Below are positions 1 to 10,365 of a stretch of DNA of 30,258 nt, piece after piece (the stretch's first letter is position 1; each line of letters starts with the position of its first letter). The translations under genes were made by a program, and so were the position numbers. The notes under the pieces were generated by a model. That model did no database searches. It had not been told where the DNA came from and saw only the letters and a program-made list of their open reading frames with translations. Source of the stretch: Zygophlyctis sp. KS116 (taxonomy: Eukaryota > Fungi > Chytridiomycota). Where the stretch lies: contig BAAFSQ010000107.1 in the NCBI GenBank assembly GCA_054661495.1, positions 1 to 30,258 on the forward strand. The letters are read 5' to 3'.

Positions 1-120
1 ATTTCTAAGATAGACTTACCATTCCTGGCATTGGAGGTGGAGGAGGACCGCCCTATTATTTAAATATTTCTAAGATAGACTTACCATTCCTGGCATTGGA
101 GGTGGAGGAGTACCGCCCTA
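1..120. repeat. Tandem duplication of an intron+microexon unit (period 65 bp)
   Basis: atttctaagatagacttaccattcctggcattggaggtggaggag(g/t)accgcccta occurs at 1-55 and 66-120 with one mismatch. Confidence 0.95.
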
Positions 121-1343
121 ACAATGTTAATATTAAGATTAAATAAAAATACCATGGCAGGCGCTGGAGGCGGAGCAGGTACTACACCCTATAGTTTGAA
201 TAATAATACGAATCATACTTTTCCGGGCATCTGAGGAGGCGGTGGTGGAGGAACCCCCTAAAATCATTAAAAATAGCAGCAATAATACAGTATCAACTGA
301 TTGTGGTGAATATTGTGAGGGTGCAGGCTTTAGTTAACAAATAATAAACGTACCCTAGAAGTTTGAGGCAATGATGGGGGCTGACTTCTACTTACAGGAG
401 GTGGCGGAGGGGCCTGTTGTCTACTAGCTGGTGGTGGTGGAGGAGGTGGCTGACTCCTGCTTGAAACAGCCTGTGTAGCATTAATAGGAACTGGCGGACC
501 TCTTTTACTATAAATTATTATATTTAAAACAATTACCTCGGAGGAGGAGGCGGTGGTGGCCCTCGTTTTCCTGCCCCTGGGGATTTCCTTTCAGTCTTTG
601 GAGAATCAGCTCGTGACGGTGGCAGAGGAGGAGGGGGTTTTGAAGCTGATAACTCATGCTGCTTCATGAATTTGGCCACAACTTTTGCTGTTCTTTTATC
701 AGATAGCTGATCCTAAAATATTAGAAAAAAACTTTGATACTACCTCTGTAATACCCGCCTTCTGAAAAATAACTTTCCATTCCATGGGTATGTTTGAAGC
801 ACTAAAACCAGTTTTTGGATCAAACCCAACATGACTTAAATGCTGGAAATTTTCTGGGGCAGAAATCATAGACTTGTCTATTTTTGGCTTATCTTTCTGT
901 TTTTTAGATGATTTGAACCATGATTTAGATTCTTCCTTTGTTTCCTTTGTTACCGAGACTGGCGATATTGCAATAGGTGCTTTAGAGATTTTTGAGACGT
1001 AAGAATTCCTATTGAGAACTTGATTCCCAAAATCCTGCGCATCTCTGTCTGAAGCAAACGAAAACCCAATTACTGAACTCTTCCCGATAAAAGAATGGAA
1101 ATGTGGCAAGTCTTGTGCGTATTTCAGATCTCCAATTACATGCTCCCATAGCAATCTTTTGCTATTAAAATCCAAAAGCTTGAATGCAAATCCATCCTTG
1201 ATCTTCACCAGACAAATTGGACCCCAAAGACCATTGTATCTCCATTCGCCGACGCATTCGTAGAGTCTGGCTACAGTCATTATAATAACCTCATCAGATA
1301 TATCCTTGGAAAACTGGGTTGTCTCTGCTTGCGATAATGACAT
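1..1343 (-). CDS. WASP-family actin nucleation-promoting factor (WH1, basic region, CRIB/GBD, polyproline); 3' end runs off the window
   Basis: WH1-like N-terminus (TVARLY..W...G..CLV; FHSF..GFSFAS..DA), basic KSSKKQKDKPK, CRIB ISAPENFQHLSHVGFDP. GT-AG introns at 713-743, 508-536, 328-353, 258-288, 189-218, 118-152, 53-84 and one from 19 running off the window keep the frame through proline-rich exons. Confidence 0.9.
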
Positions 1344-1391
1344 GCGAAATACGTCACCCTAACCGACTCAATCAAAGCGACACAACATAAA

Positions 1392-3652
1392 TCAAAAATT
1401 AGATCTTCCTTTTTTCCATGCTTTAAATAAACTACTACTGCCGCCCTTAGGCCTTGAAGGCTTATTAGAATCTGCTGCTGGTCGTTTTTTACTAGATTGT
1501 ACGATTTCACGGTCTAAATCATCAGCTTTAGTTTCCAAAATTTCTTCATTTCCAACCTCATCACTCTGTTCCTTTATCAATGATAAAAGAGTTTCTTGGT
1601 CATAAGTGGTAGAATAACGGAGAGATGGCATTTGATCCGCAGGTATAAGATCAGAAAGATTTGATACAATCTATATATTTAATGCTGAGGAGACATACCT
1701 TAAATTCATAGCCTTGGTCAACTAAGAAACTTCTACGTTTTGCACTAAAACTGACTTCATCGGTATCTCTACTAACCAATGTATAAAAACGTGACTTAAA
1801 TCCCTCTTCATGCCTTCTCTTTGCACGAAGAATTCTACCCATTCTCTGGGCTTCTTGACGACGAGATCCAAATTGTGATGAGATTTGGATTAGACAAGTT
1901 GCTTCTGGCAAATCAAGCGATGTATCCCCAACTTTTGACAGGAAAATTGTTTTAAAAAGAGGGTGTCCGTCACGGAAAGCTTGAAGAATTCTTTTTCTTT
2001 CTTCATGTGAAGTTTGACCATAAATAAATGGTTTTTTCAAAGTGACCGCATAATGCTAAGATTATCATTAAAAAAAGATACAGAAAGAGCAAATACATTA
2101 TCAGAAAATACCATAATCTTATCCCCTTCAGCTTCTCTCCATCTAATTAACCATTCGGTAGCCATAAACTTTGCCGGATTCATTACACAAAGCAATCTTT
2201 TCTTTCCAGCTTTTGATGCAATATATTCCTTATAGAAGGATCCCGCCATGGGACACCAAATTTCAGTAGCTTCAACCTTTGCAATGTGACCAGAGTTTGC
2301 CAAATCCATCCAATTCGCTTCATATAATTTTGGGCCAATCAAAAAATTCAAATCTTCAATTTTATCATCTTCTCTCACTAATGTAGCAGTAAGACCCAGC
2401 TTTGTATGCGCCGCTACAACAGTCAAAACCCTTCTAAATACAGCAGCAGGAACAACATGAACTTCATCAAGTATTAAAAGTCCCCATTCTTGTGAATTAA
2501 TAAATTCCAACATTTTTTGAGAATCATGAGCTCTTTTTCCAGTATGTGATATCATTGTATACGTTGAAATAACAATTCCTGCATCTCCAGCAAATCTATT
2601 TTTACTATCTGCAGTAAATTTAGCAATAGCTCCAGCAGGTATCGTTGACCAACGCCTTAATTCATTTGCCCACTGTTCAACTGCAATAGCATTTGTACAC
2701 AAGACCAGAGTAGATTTCTTAATTGTACATGCCGCTGTTATACCAACTAATGTTTTACCAGCACCAGTTGGTAATACTATAATTCCAGATCTAGCTCTTC
2801 CTCCACCTCCTCCAAACATTTTACTAAGACTTTTTTCTTGATAATCACGAATAGTAGTTTTTGGAGATAAATCCATATCTAAACTAGCATTAAAAAAATC
2901 ATTTCTAAAATCATATTCCTCCATTAAAGGATAATCTAATTCCGTACAACGCCTTTTAACTTCTTCTACTAATGATTGTTGAATTTCTAAAGATTGTACT
3001 ACATCTACATCCCCTTGATTATCTAAATTTTCATCTTCTTTATCTAAAGTTATAATTGCACCAAATTCATCTTTTGTTTCTATATCATTTTTTAACCCTG
3101 TTGAATCTACTGATTCTGTATTAATGCATCTTGCTTTTTGAATAATTTCATCTTTTAATAGAAATGATAATATTGCAGGATATGAGGTTTCTATAAAATA
3201 TCTAATCTTTCTAAATCTATAAAGTACCTGTTTTCCTTTAAAACCAACTTAACTTTTCCATAAGACAATGTGCAATCATTTATAAAATCTACAACTCTTT
3301 TTGGCAATTCATTTTTACTAAATCTATCCATTACATCCATGATTGTACTAGTCTCCATTCCAACTGATACAGCAGCATAAAGCGAGTAAGCCGTCAATTT
3401 GTATTCATGAATCCGCAATGGTCTTGAAACCGGTTCAGCGATTGTTATTAGAAAGTCTTGAGCATATTTCATGACTGGAGAGAATGCTTCCAACACAATC
3501 CGTCCTTCCGGAGTGACCCAAAAGGGCTTTCTTGCATGATCAACCTTGAGCTTCAACAGAGACATGTCCTGTTCAATATTTAAGTGATCGAGTGACAGAT
3601 TGGCCTTTTTAGGAAGTACAAGTGTCAGTTTCTTGATCGTTTCTGGTTCCAT
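1392..3652 (-). CDS. SSL2: TFIIH helicase/translocase XPB (Ssl2/Rad25/ERCC3)
   Basis: N-terminal [24 protein letters not shown], Walker [26 protein letters not shown] (RED motif), [16 protein letters not shown]. Introns 3202-3227, 2056-2081 and 1671-1698 join the ORF fragments in frame. Confidence 0.97.
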
Positions 3653-3677
3653 CAATTTCCGCAGTCAGTTAAATTTA

Positions 3678-4283
3678 ATGCCAAAGAGAAAACGACTGAC
3701 GAATGAGCCAATTGATTTGACTCTTGATACTCCTCCAAAGACGTCAAATTCCCATTCTACTGCTAATGCCAATGCTAGCGCTAATGCTTCCAGCTCTTCT
3801 GATGCAACAGCAATACAAAACAATACATCGGAAGATGAAATAATCATTACAAAGTTTGTTCCTCCACCGGCAGTTGTCATTACTTCATACACTCCAGCAG
3901 ATAAAAGTACTCAACAAACAGTATTGGGACTTATGGCTGATATCATGGGAAAAGTTTCCTCTCATAACTCTCGTAATGCAGTGCATTCTTCTATTCTAGG
4001 AACTTGTAGTCAAAGAAAACCACTTATATCTCCAAAGAAGCCAAATAATGCTCCTGCTAAAATATCTGCTCAAGAATCTACTGATCCATCTCCTCCAAGT
4101 ACTCTACGATGCGCAATTTGTTTATCAACATTCTCAAAAGATGTACAACTTTCTGCTACAATTTGTGGTCATATATTTTGTCAAGAATGTATTGGAGCTG
4201 CATTAAAACAAGGGAAAAAAATCTGTCCTATTTGTAGAAAAGATTTAAAAGGTAAAACTGCAGTTCACAGATTATATATTTAA
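3678..4283 (+). CDS. RING (C3HC4) E3 ligase with SUMO-interacting-like motifs (RNF4/Slx8/Rfp-like)
   Basis: ATG at 3678 (MPKRKR NLS-like). SIM-like PIDLT, EIIIT and VVIT. C-terminal CAIC...TICGHIFCQECI...CPICRK..HRLYI. Confidence 0.8.
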   Translation: MPKRKRLTNEPIDLTLDTPPKTSNSHSTANANASANASSSSDATAIQNNTSEDEIIITKFVPPPAVVITSYTPADKSTQQTVLGLMADIMGKVSSHNSRNAVHSSILGTCSQRKPLISPKKPNNAPAKISAQESTDPSPPSTLRCAICLSTFSKDVQLSATICGHIFCQECIGAALKQGKKICPICRKDLKGKTAVHRLYI

Positions 4284-5577
4284 GGTTGAAGTGGATCTAC
4301 GTCGCAAATCAAAATCAAAATCATCTTCAGCTGCTCTTGCAATATCTATATAATTAGTTTCAGAGTTTGTGTCTATTATAGTTTCATCATCAGAGAAAAG
4401 TGGCATATTATAAACAATGACTGGAGTTGAAGATTTATATTCTCTAGATATAGTTTTTAGAGAAATTCTGAATTCATGCTTTATAATGGCAGGCTTGGTC
4501 TAAATATTAGCAAACTTTAATATATACAATCAAATCCTCTAGAAATAATTCCCATACACTTGTTAAAGGATCACTATGAGGTATCCAATTTAATCCATTT
4601 GAAATATTTTCAAAATTTGAAGAATACAAGGTTAAAACTTCTTTTTTATCCTTTATTTTGAGTGTTTTTAGAGAGTCTTGGCCATAAGGTCTTGAGGGAT
4701 CTACATTATACTTGAATATTAGATTTTCTTCTTGCATTAATGAAACGTTTAGATTCACAATATCAATTGTAGAATCAATTTTGATTGGAATTAGACTAGA
4801 TGAACTTGAAATACATCCTGGCATAGTTATTTTAATTCCATCAACTGGAATCCAACTGCATGAAATATGTCCGAATACTCCAGAAAGATCGGTAGATGAT
4901 AAATTTACAGGAATCATATTCAAATCTACTGGATCATTATCTAATATTGGATGGTATTGAATTGTAACATCATTATTCTAAGAATTAAATTATAAATATT
5001 ACCAGTATGGCATTTTTCAATTCTGCGCACTGTGACTCTGATACTCGAACTTTTCGGACATTTAGTACTTCTTTGGTCACAAATGGATCTGGACTAAATG
5101 CTGGAATCCATCCAAAACAACAGCTATCCTGATAATATACTACTGCAGCTAAAACATATTCAATAATAACGGTATCATTTTTAACAGAAGGAGGATTGGT
5201 GTTTGGGATCTGAAGTCCGAAAGGGAAAGAAGCTCCTAATTTTAAAAATATTATATAGTACCGTTCAAAAGGTCTTTAGCCTTTGGTAAATCTGAGGTTA
5301 AATGACTAGAATCATTCCACAATAATATCTTTTTGTCAAAAAATCTATCGGTTCCTCTTAGAAATGTTTCTTGATACGAATCTTCAAACTTTGACACTGC
5401 GCCGGCAACAAATCTTAATTCTATTTCCTTTGGAATTAATGAGCCTTCCTGCTTTATAAATTCAACCGTTCCTGAAAGTCGGGTTTCGCCGTTATCAAAA
5501 AGAATTAATTCTGATGCATCTAGTCTTATCCGTAGAGGATCTTTTGGTCCTTTTTTTGGTTCATGCTTGGACTTCAT
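4272..5577 (-). CDS. Alpha-arrestin-like protein
   Basis: Arrestin_N-like segments LSGTVEF, IELRFVAG, SFPFGLQIPNTNPPSV..IEYVLAAVV after splicing intron 5236-5261 and two further short introns (~4978-5003, ~4500-4527). Stop at 4272-4274. Confidence 0.6.
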
Positions 5578-5581
5578 CAAT

Positions 5582-5636
5582 GCGCGAAAATTCTTTCTGG
5601 AACTCTGTGCTTTGCAGTTTTGGGTTACGTCACGTC
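5582..5636. promoter_or_regulatory. Candidate bidirectional promoter with an E2F/SBF-like GCGCGAAA and overlapping CRE-like TTACGTCACGTCA
   Basis: The motifs lie in the 104-bp gap between the divergent arrestin-like and GDA1 ATGs. Confidence 0.45.
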
Positions 5637-5681
5637 AAACCAAGACCTAGCCATCATCTAACCATTTAAACGTCGTACTTA

Positions 5682-6937
5682 ATGATGACATCGCCCAAAG
5701 TCAGACTAAAGAGTAGGAGGAAAATTAGCCCATCGAAAATTCCTACGCTCTGGTTTATTCCAATATCACTCATTTATTTATATCTTTTATTCGGTAATTC
5801 TATCATTGTAAGATTTTAGATAATCCAAAAGTTCAAGTGTTTAGTAAAATGTTCTCGGAAAGTTGTCCGAAAGGACCTCCGCCTGTATACTCGATTGTTT
5901 TGGATGCTGGATCAACCGGCTCAAGAATTCATATTTATAGATTTAATTCCTGTAAAACTGGAATGCCATTGTTGGAAGATGAAGTATTTCATGCTATTAA
6001 ACCTGGGCTCTCTTCGTATGAAAATTCTCCAAAAGAGTCTGTTCAATCTCTTTCACCTCTAATAAGCCTCGCCTTGGAAAATGTACCCGCAGAATTACAG
6101 CCAAAAACAAAGATTGTTTTAAAAGCGACTGCAGGTCTTCGGCTTTTGAAAAAAGGGAGTGGAGAAATTATACTAGGACATGTCCGGGAATATCTAAAGT
6201 CTTTACCATTTCAGTTATCTACTAATGCAGTAGAAATAATGGATGGAAAAGATGAAGGTGTTTTTGCATGGATAACTGTGAATTATCTCTTGGACAATTT
6301 TAACAAGAATACAAAGGTGATTTTATCAAGTTTTATAATGTAGACTGCTGGAATAATGGATCTAGGTGGCGGAAGCACGCAAATTGTGTTTGAACCATCG
6401 ATGATGATTGCGGAAGGAGATCATAAAGTTAATATTGACCTTCATAACAAGACTTATGTCTTATATCAGAGAAGTTATTTAGGATTTGGGCTCGTGGAGG
6501 CAAGAAAGAAAACAAAAGAAAAAGGTGGGTGTTCTCTTGGAATGGAAAGTAATAGTTGCCTCAACCTTATATCTTCTTCATTCAACAAGAAGGAAGTTTG
6601 CTCTCTATCACCTTGCTCATTCAACGGCTTTTACATGCCAAGATTAGAAGATACATTCTACGATGGGGAAATTTATGCATTTTCCTATTTTTATGATATA
6701 TATGCAGAACCGTTTGGTAAAGTTGAGTCTGGATTTAAAGTTGGTCAAATTCATGAAGCAGCTTCAAGCTCATGTAGCCAGAAACCCGAACATGATGATT
6801 GTCTCGATCTGGGATTTATATATTCACTTTTGCGAACTGGATACGATTTGCCAAACTCTAGAACTCTCAAAACCGCAAAGAAAATTAATGGAATCGAGAC
6901 CGGATGGTGTCTTGGAGCGGCTTTGTCAATATTATAG
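5682..6937 (+). CDS. GDA1: GDA1/CD39-family nucleoside diphosphatase (Golgi GDPase-like, N-terminal anchor)
   Basis: Apyrase conserved regions DAGSTGSR, KATAGLRLL, MDGKDEG..AWITVNYL, DLGGGSTQI, GWCLGA. Introns 5794-5819 and 6317-6343. Confidence 0.88.
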
Positions 6938-6986
6938 ATTCAAATTAACATATAATTGTAAACCTTTCTATTTTACTATCTCAAAC

Positions 6987-9900
6987 TTATTTTACTCCCC
7001 TTGTTGACCATCGTGTTGGGTACATCATCAATCCATTGATTTCATCCGAATACTTGATGGGACTTCTATATCGACTTATCAAATTGCGAAGAATTGAGTA
7101 GAGCCATAAGACAATTCCAAAAGCCATGGGGACCAACCAAATCAAAGGTGAAAAATAATTCGTGCCCAACGGCCCATTAAGAGGTGGAACATAAACAATT
7201 ATCATAACGACAACAGCTCCCAATATTACCCCGACAAAAGTTCGCAAATTTTCAAACATGTATTTGCCGAATGGATACCCTAACCTGGCCTTGCAAATAA
7301 AAAGATTGAAACACTGAAGGATGAAGAGAGCAGTATAGTAGGCCGATTGCCCCACAGCTATAGTTTCTTTCGCATCATTGAAATTCTAATATGTTAATTT
7401 CTAATAATTACCAAGGTCTTGCCACTAGCTGTAATAATAGATGAATTTTCTTCCCATTTATTTTTATCAAATAAATTTGCATTCTGTACTAGATCATAAG
7501 GAGTGGTCCCATTGTGGTTGAATATGGCCACCATAAATGAAGTTATACAGCCAATAGTTACAATAGTCCCCGCTTCAGCATAAGACCATGACATAAGGTT
7601 AACATCAACCAAATGTTCTCCTATTGGGGGCTCAAACATCCTCGACCAAAATTCGGATGAAAATATCGAGCCCTTTCCTTTTTTCTGTGCTTTTTCCAGA
7701 TTATCTCTCTTGGTTCGTTCAATAGATTCAGGCGTGACAGGCTTTCGCGGCAATAGTTTCATTAGCCCCGTTTTTGATTCCGGTTCATCCCAAATATAAG
7801 TCAGAGACAATATTAACTCAAATCCAAGATCTGTCAAAAGAATCAAAATGTTTGACATCATAAGAGGCAAGGGGACAGCAACATTAAGAAGATTTGCCCA
7901 TACTTGTGGCATAGTGTGAGTCACAGTATATTGAATGGACTTTTTGATGTTTTGGAAGATCAAGCGACCCTCTTCTATCCCATTCACAGTAGAAGCAAAA
8001 TTATCATCCACAAGAATCATTGAAGCCGCTTCTTTTGAAACATCAGAACCCGAAACATTCATTGCGATACCTAAGTCTGCCTTTTTAAGAGCAGGAGAAT
8101 CATTCACTCCGTCTCCAGTTACGCCCACTAAATGACCAAGGGATTGAGCATGTTTAACGATTGTCAGCTTATGTTTTGGACTAGTCCTAGCAAATATAAT
8201 TTCTTCTTTTGAAAAGATAATGTCCCAGTCTTCATCAGTTAGAGAATCAATTTTCTCTCCGTGTATCACTATCGACTTTACATCATCTTCAGGAACTTTT
8301 GAAATATCACAGCCACGTTTTGCTGCAATCTGATCTTTTGTATCTTGAAGCATAAGATTGATTTTACGACCGATAGCTTCGGCAGTAAGTGGATGATCTC
8401 CCGTTACCATCATAACTTTGATACCAGCCTCACGGAAATGACCAATAGCTTCGCGTACTCCATGTTTGGGTGGATCTTCTAGAGAAACTAGGCCATAGAA
8501 AGTCAGCGTATCGCTTGGATAGTTTGCTGGGGTTTTCTTGAATTCAAAGTCTTCTGGAAAATCTTTTCCCGGCAAAGCAAAAGAAGCAAAAGCCAAAACT
8601 CTATGTCCTTTCGATGCCATAAATTCATACGTATCAGTAAACTTTTTCTTGTGATCATCTGTAAGAGGAATGACATCTTTTCCATCATATATTGTTGTAC
8701 AAAGTTTTAGAACCCTTTCCGGTGCTCCTTTCAAGTATAAAGTCAAATCACCGTCTTTGTGCGGCTTCTTATTTATAGTCATGGCCCATTTGTTATCTGA
8801 ATTGAAAGGAATTTCAAATACTTTTGGAAAGCGGCTGATAGCTGTTTCAAATCCTTCTAATTTCATTGCAGCTGCTCTGTAAAGTCCAGACTCTGTCGCA
8901 TCACCAACAATAACGCGATCTGCAATTGGACCTTCAGCAGACTCAAATCGAGCTCTAGAGCAAAGAGTAGAAATATGAAGTAAAGTATCAATGCCATGCT
9001 CTTTAACATTCATTGGCTCAGCAACTTGAGAGTCTGCATCAGATTGAGTTGAAGCGAAAAATAAGCGAAATCCCGTCCATAGATATGTTACAGTCATTTG
9101 ATTTCTGGTTAGAGTGCCAGTCTTATCAGTAGCAAGTAATGTAATTCCACCTAAAGTTTCAACGGCTTGTAAATCCTTGACAATAACATTTCTAGTAGCC
9201 ATCTTCTTTGCGGCAAAAGAAAGTAGAGTAGTTACAGTAGCCGGCAATCCTTCAGGAACAAAACTAACAAATGTGCCTAAACAGTCAAAAACTTCAACTT
9301 ACCAATCGCAAACTGAAAAGCGTACACCCAATCATTCCCCCTTGCGACCTTTGTCACGATAAAGAAAATAACAGAAACAAAACCTGCCACACTTGCAATC
9401 ACATGAACAAAATGATTAATCTCTGATGAAAGAGGAGAATCTCTTTTTTCTTCATTTGTAGTAAGAGAAGCAATTTGCCCAATTACAGTAGTATCTCCTG
9501 TCCTAATTACAACTCCATATCCTTCTCCTAAATTTTTAAGAATGCTGAATAATAATACCATTGACTGCTAATGTTCCATTAAAAATCAAATTTGTAGCCT
9601 CTAAAGGATTTTCATGTTCATTCAATTGTGATCTATCTTGAGCTTCAGCTTCACCTGTAAGTGAAGAATTATCAACCTTCAACTCTGTAGTCGCGAATAA
9701 AACACAATCAGCTGGAATTTTATCCCCTGATCTAATATATAGCACATCACCAATTGTTAACTCAAAAGATTCAATATGAGACAATGCCCCATCTCTGATT
9801 ACATAACATTTTGGCGGAATCAAATTCTTTAAAGGTTAGTCTGGTCTTTTTCCTTACCAAGAAACTTTCCAAAATAGCTTGACTCTTCTGAACTTGATAA

Positions 9901-10256
9901 AATTCAATAAATGCATTAGCAAATGCCACAAAGACTAATATAGCACCAATATATACCAGACTTCTATTGTCTGCAGGATTTAGACCAAAGATAATCAAAG
10001 ACGCAATACCAGCAACAACAAGCATAAGATTGAATAGTCCCAATACATAGCCTAAATAGACCACAAGTGGATGGAGCTTCTTTGGAGGAGTTAGCCGATT
10101 AAGACCATATTTCTCCAATCTTTCCGCTACTTGTTGTTTGGTTAATCCGCCAGAGGATGCTGGTTTCGTTGGATCTATAGAAACAGAATACATTGCAGAC
10201 ACCTCATCGGCTGTCTTCAAATGCTCAGTGATATCCACTTTTCTATCTTCATCCAT
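6987..10256 (-). CDS. P2C-like (Na+/K+-ATPase-related, fungal ACU/PAT1-type) P-type ATPase; start codon uncertain
   Basis: YGLNRLTPP, DNSSLTGE, FVPEGLPATVT, DKTGTLTRN, KGAPERV, DPPK, MVTGDHP, FARTSP, TGDGVNDSPALKKAD, EEGRLIFQNIKKSI. Introns 9827-9857, 9528-9558, 9277-9302, 7386-7411. Confidence 0.92.
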
Positions 10257-10365
10257 TGTTAATTTTTCGGCGATTGTGGCGTTACGTTCTATTCTCAGCT
10301 CATTCGTCACTCTTGCCGTTGTTAATCTATTTTTAAATATTGGACTATAAATATTTATTATCAAA

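Noticed and set aside
1-260. Short repeats with spacers resembling a CRISPR-like array
   Set aside because: The repeats are proline-coding exons and the spacers are GT-AG introns; the context is eukaryotic with no cas genes.
1392-9860. Fragmented ORFs suggesting pseudogenes, frameshifts or an alternative genetic code
   Set aside because: Each break examined is resolved by a short GT-AG intron that restores frame and motifs under the standard code.
10257-10364. N-terminal extension of the P2C ATPase to 10364
   Set aside because: It begins at a non-ATG codon and abuts the RasGEF ATG. The first ATG is at 10256, although an upstream exon cannot be excluded.
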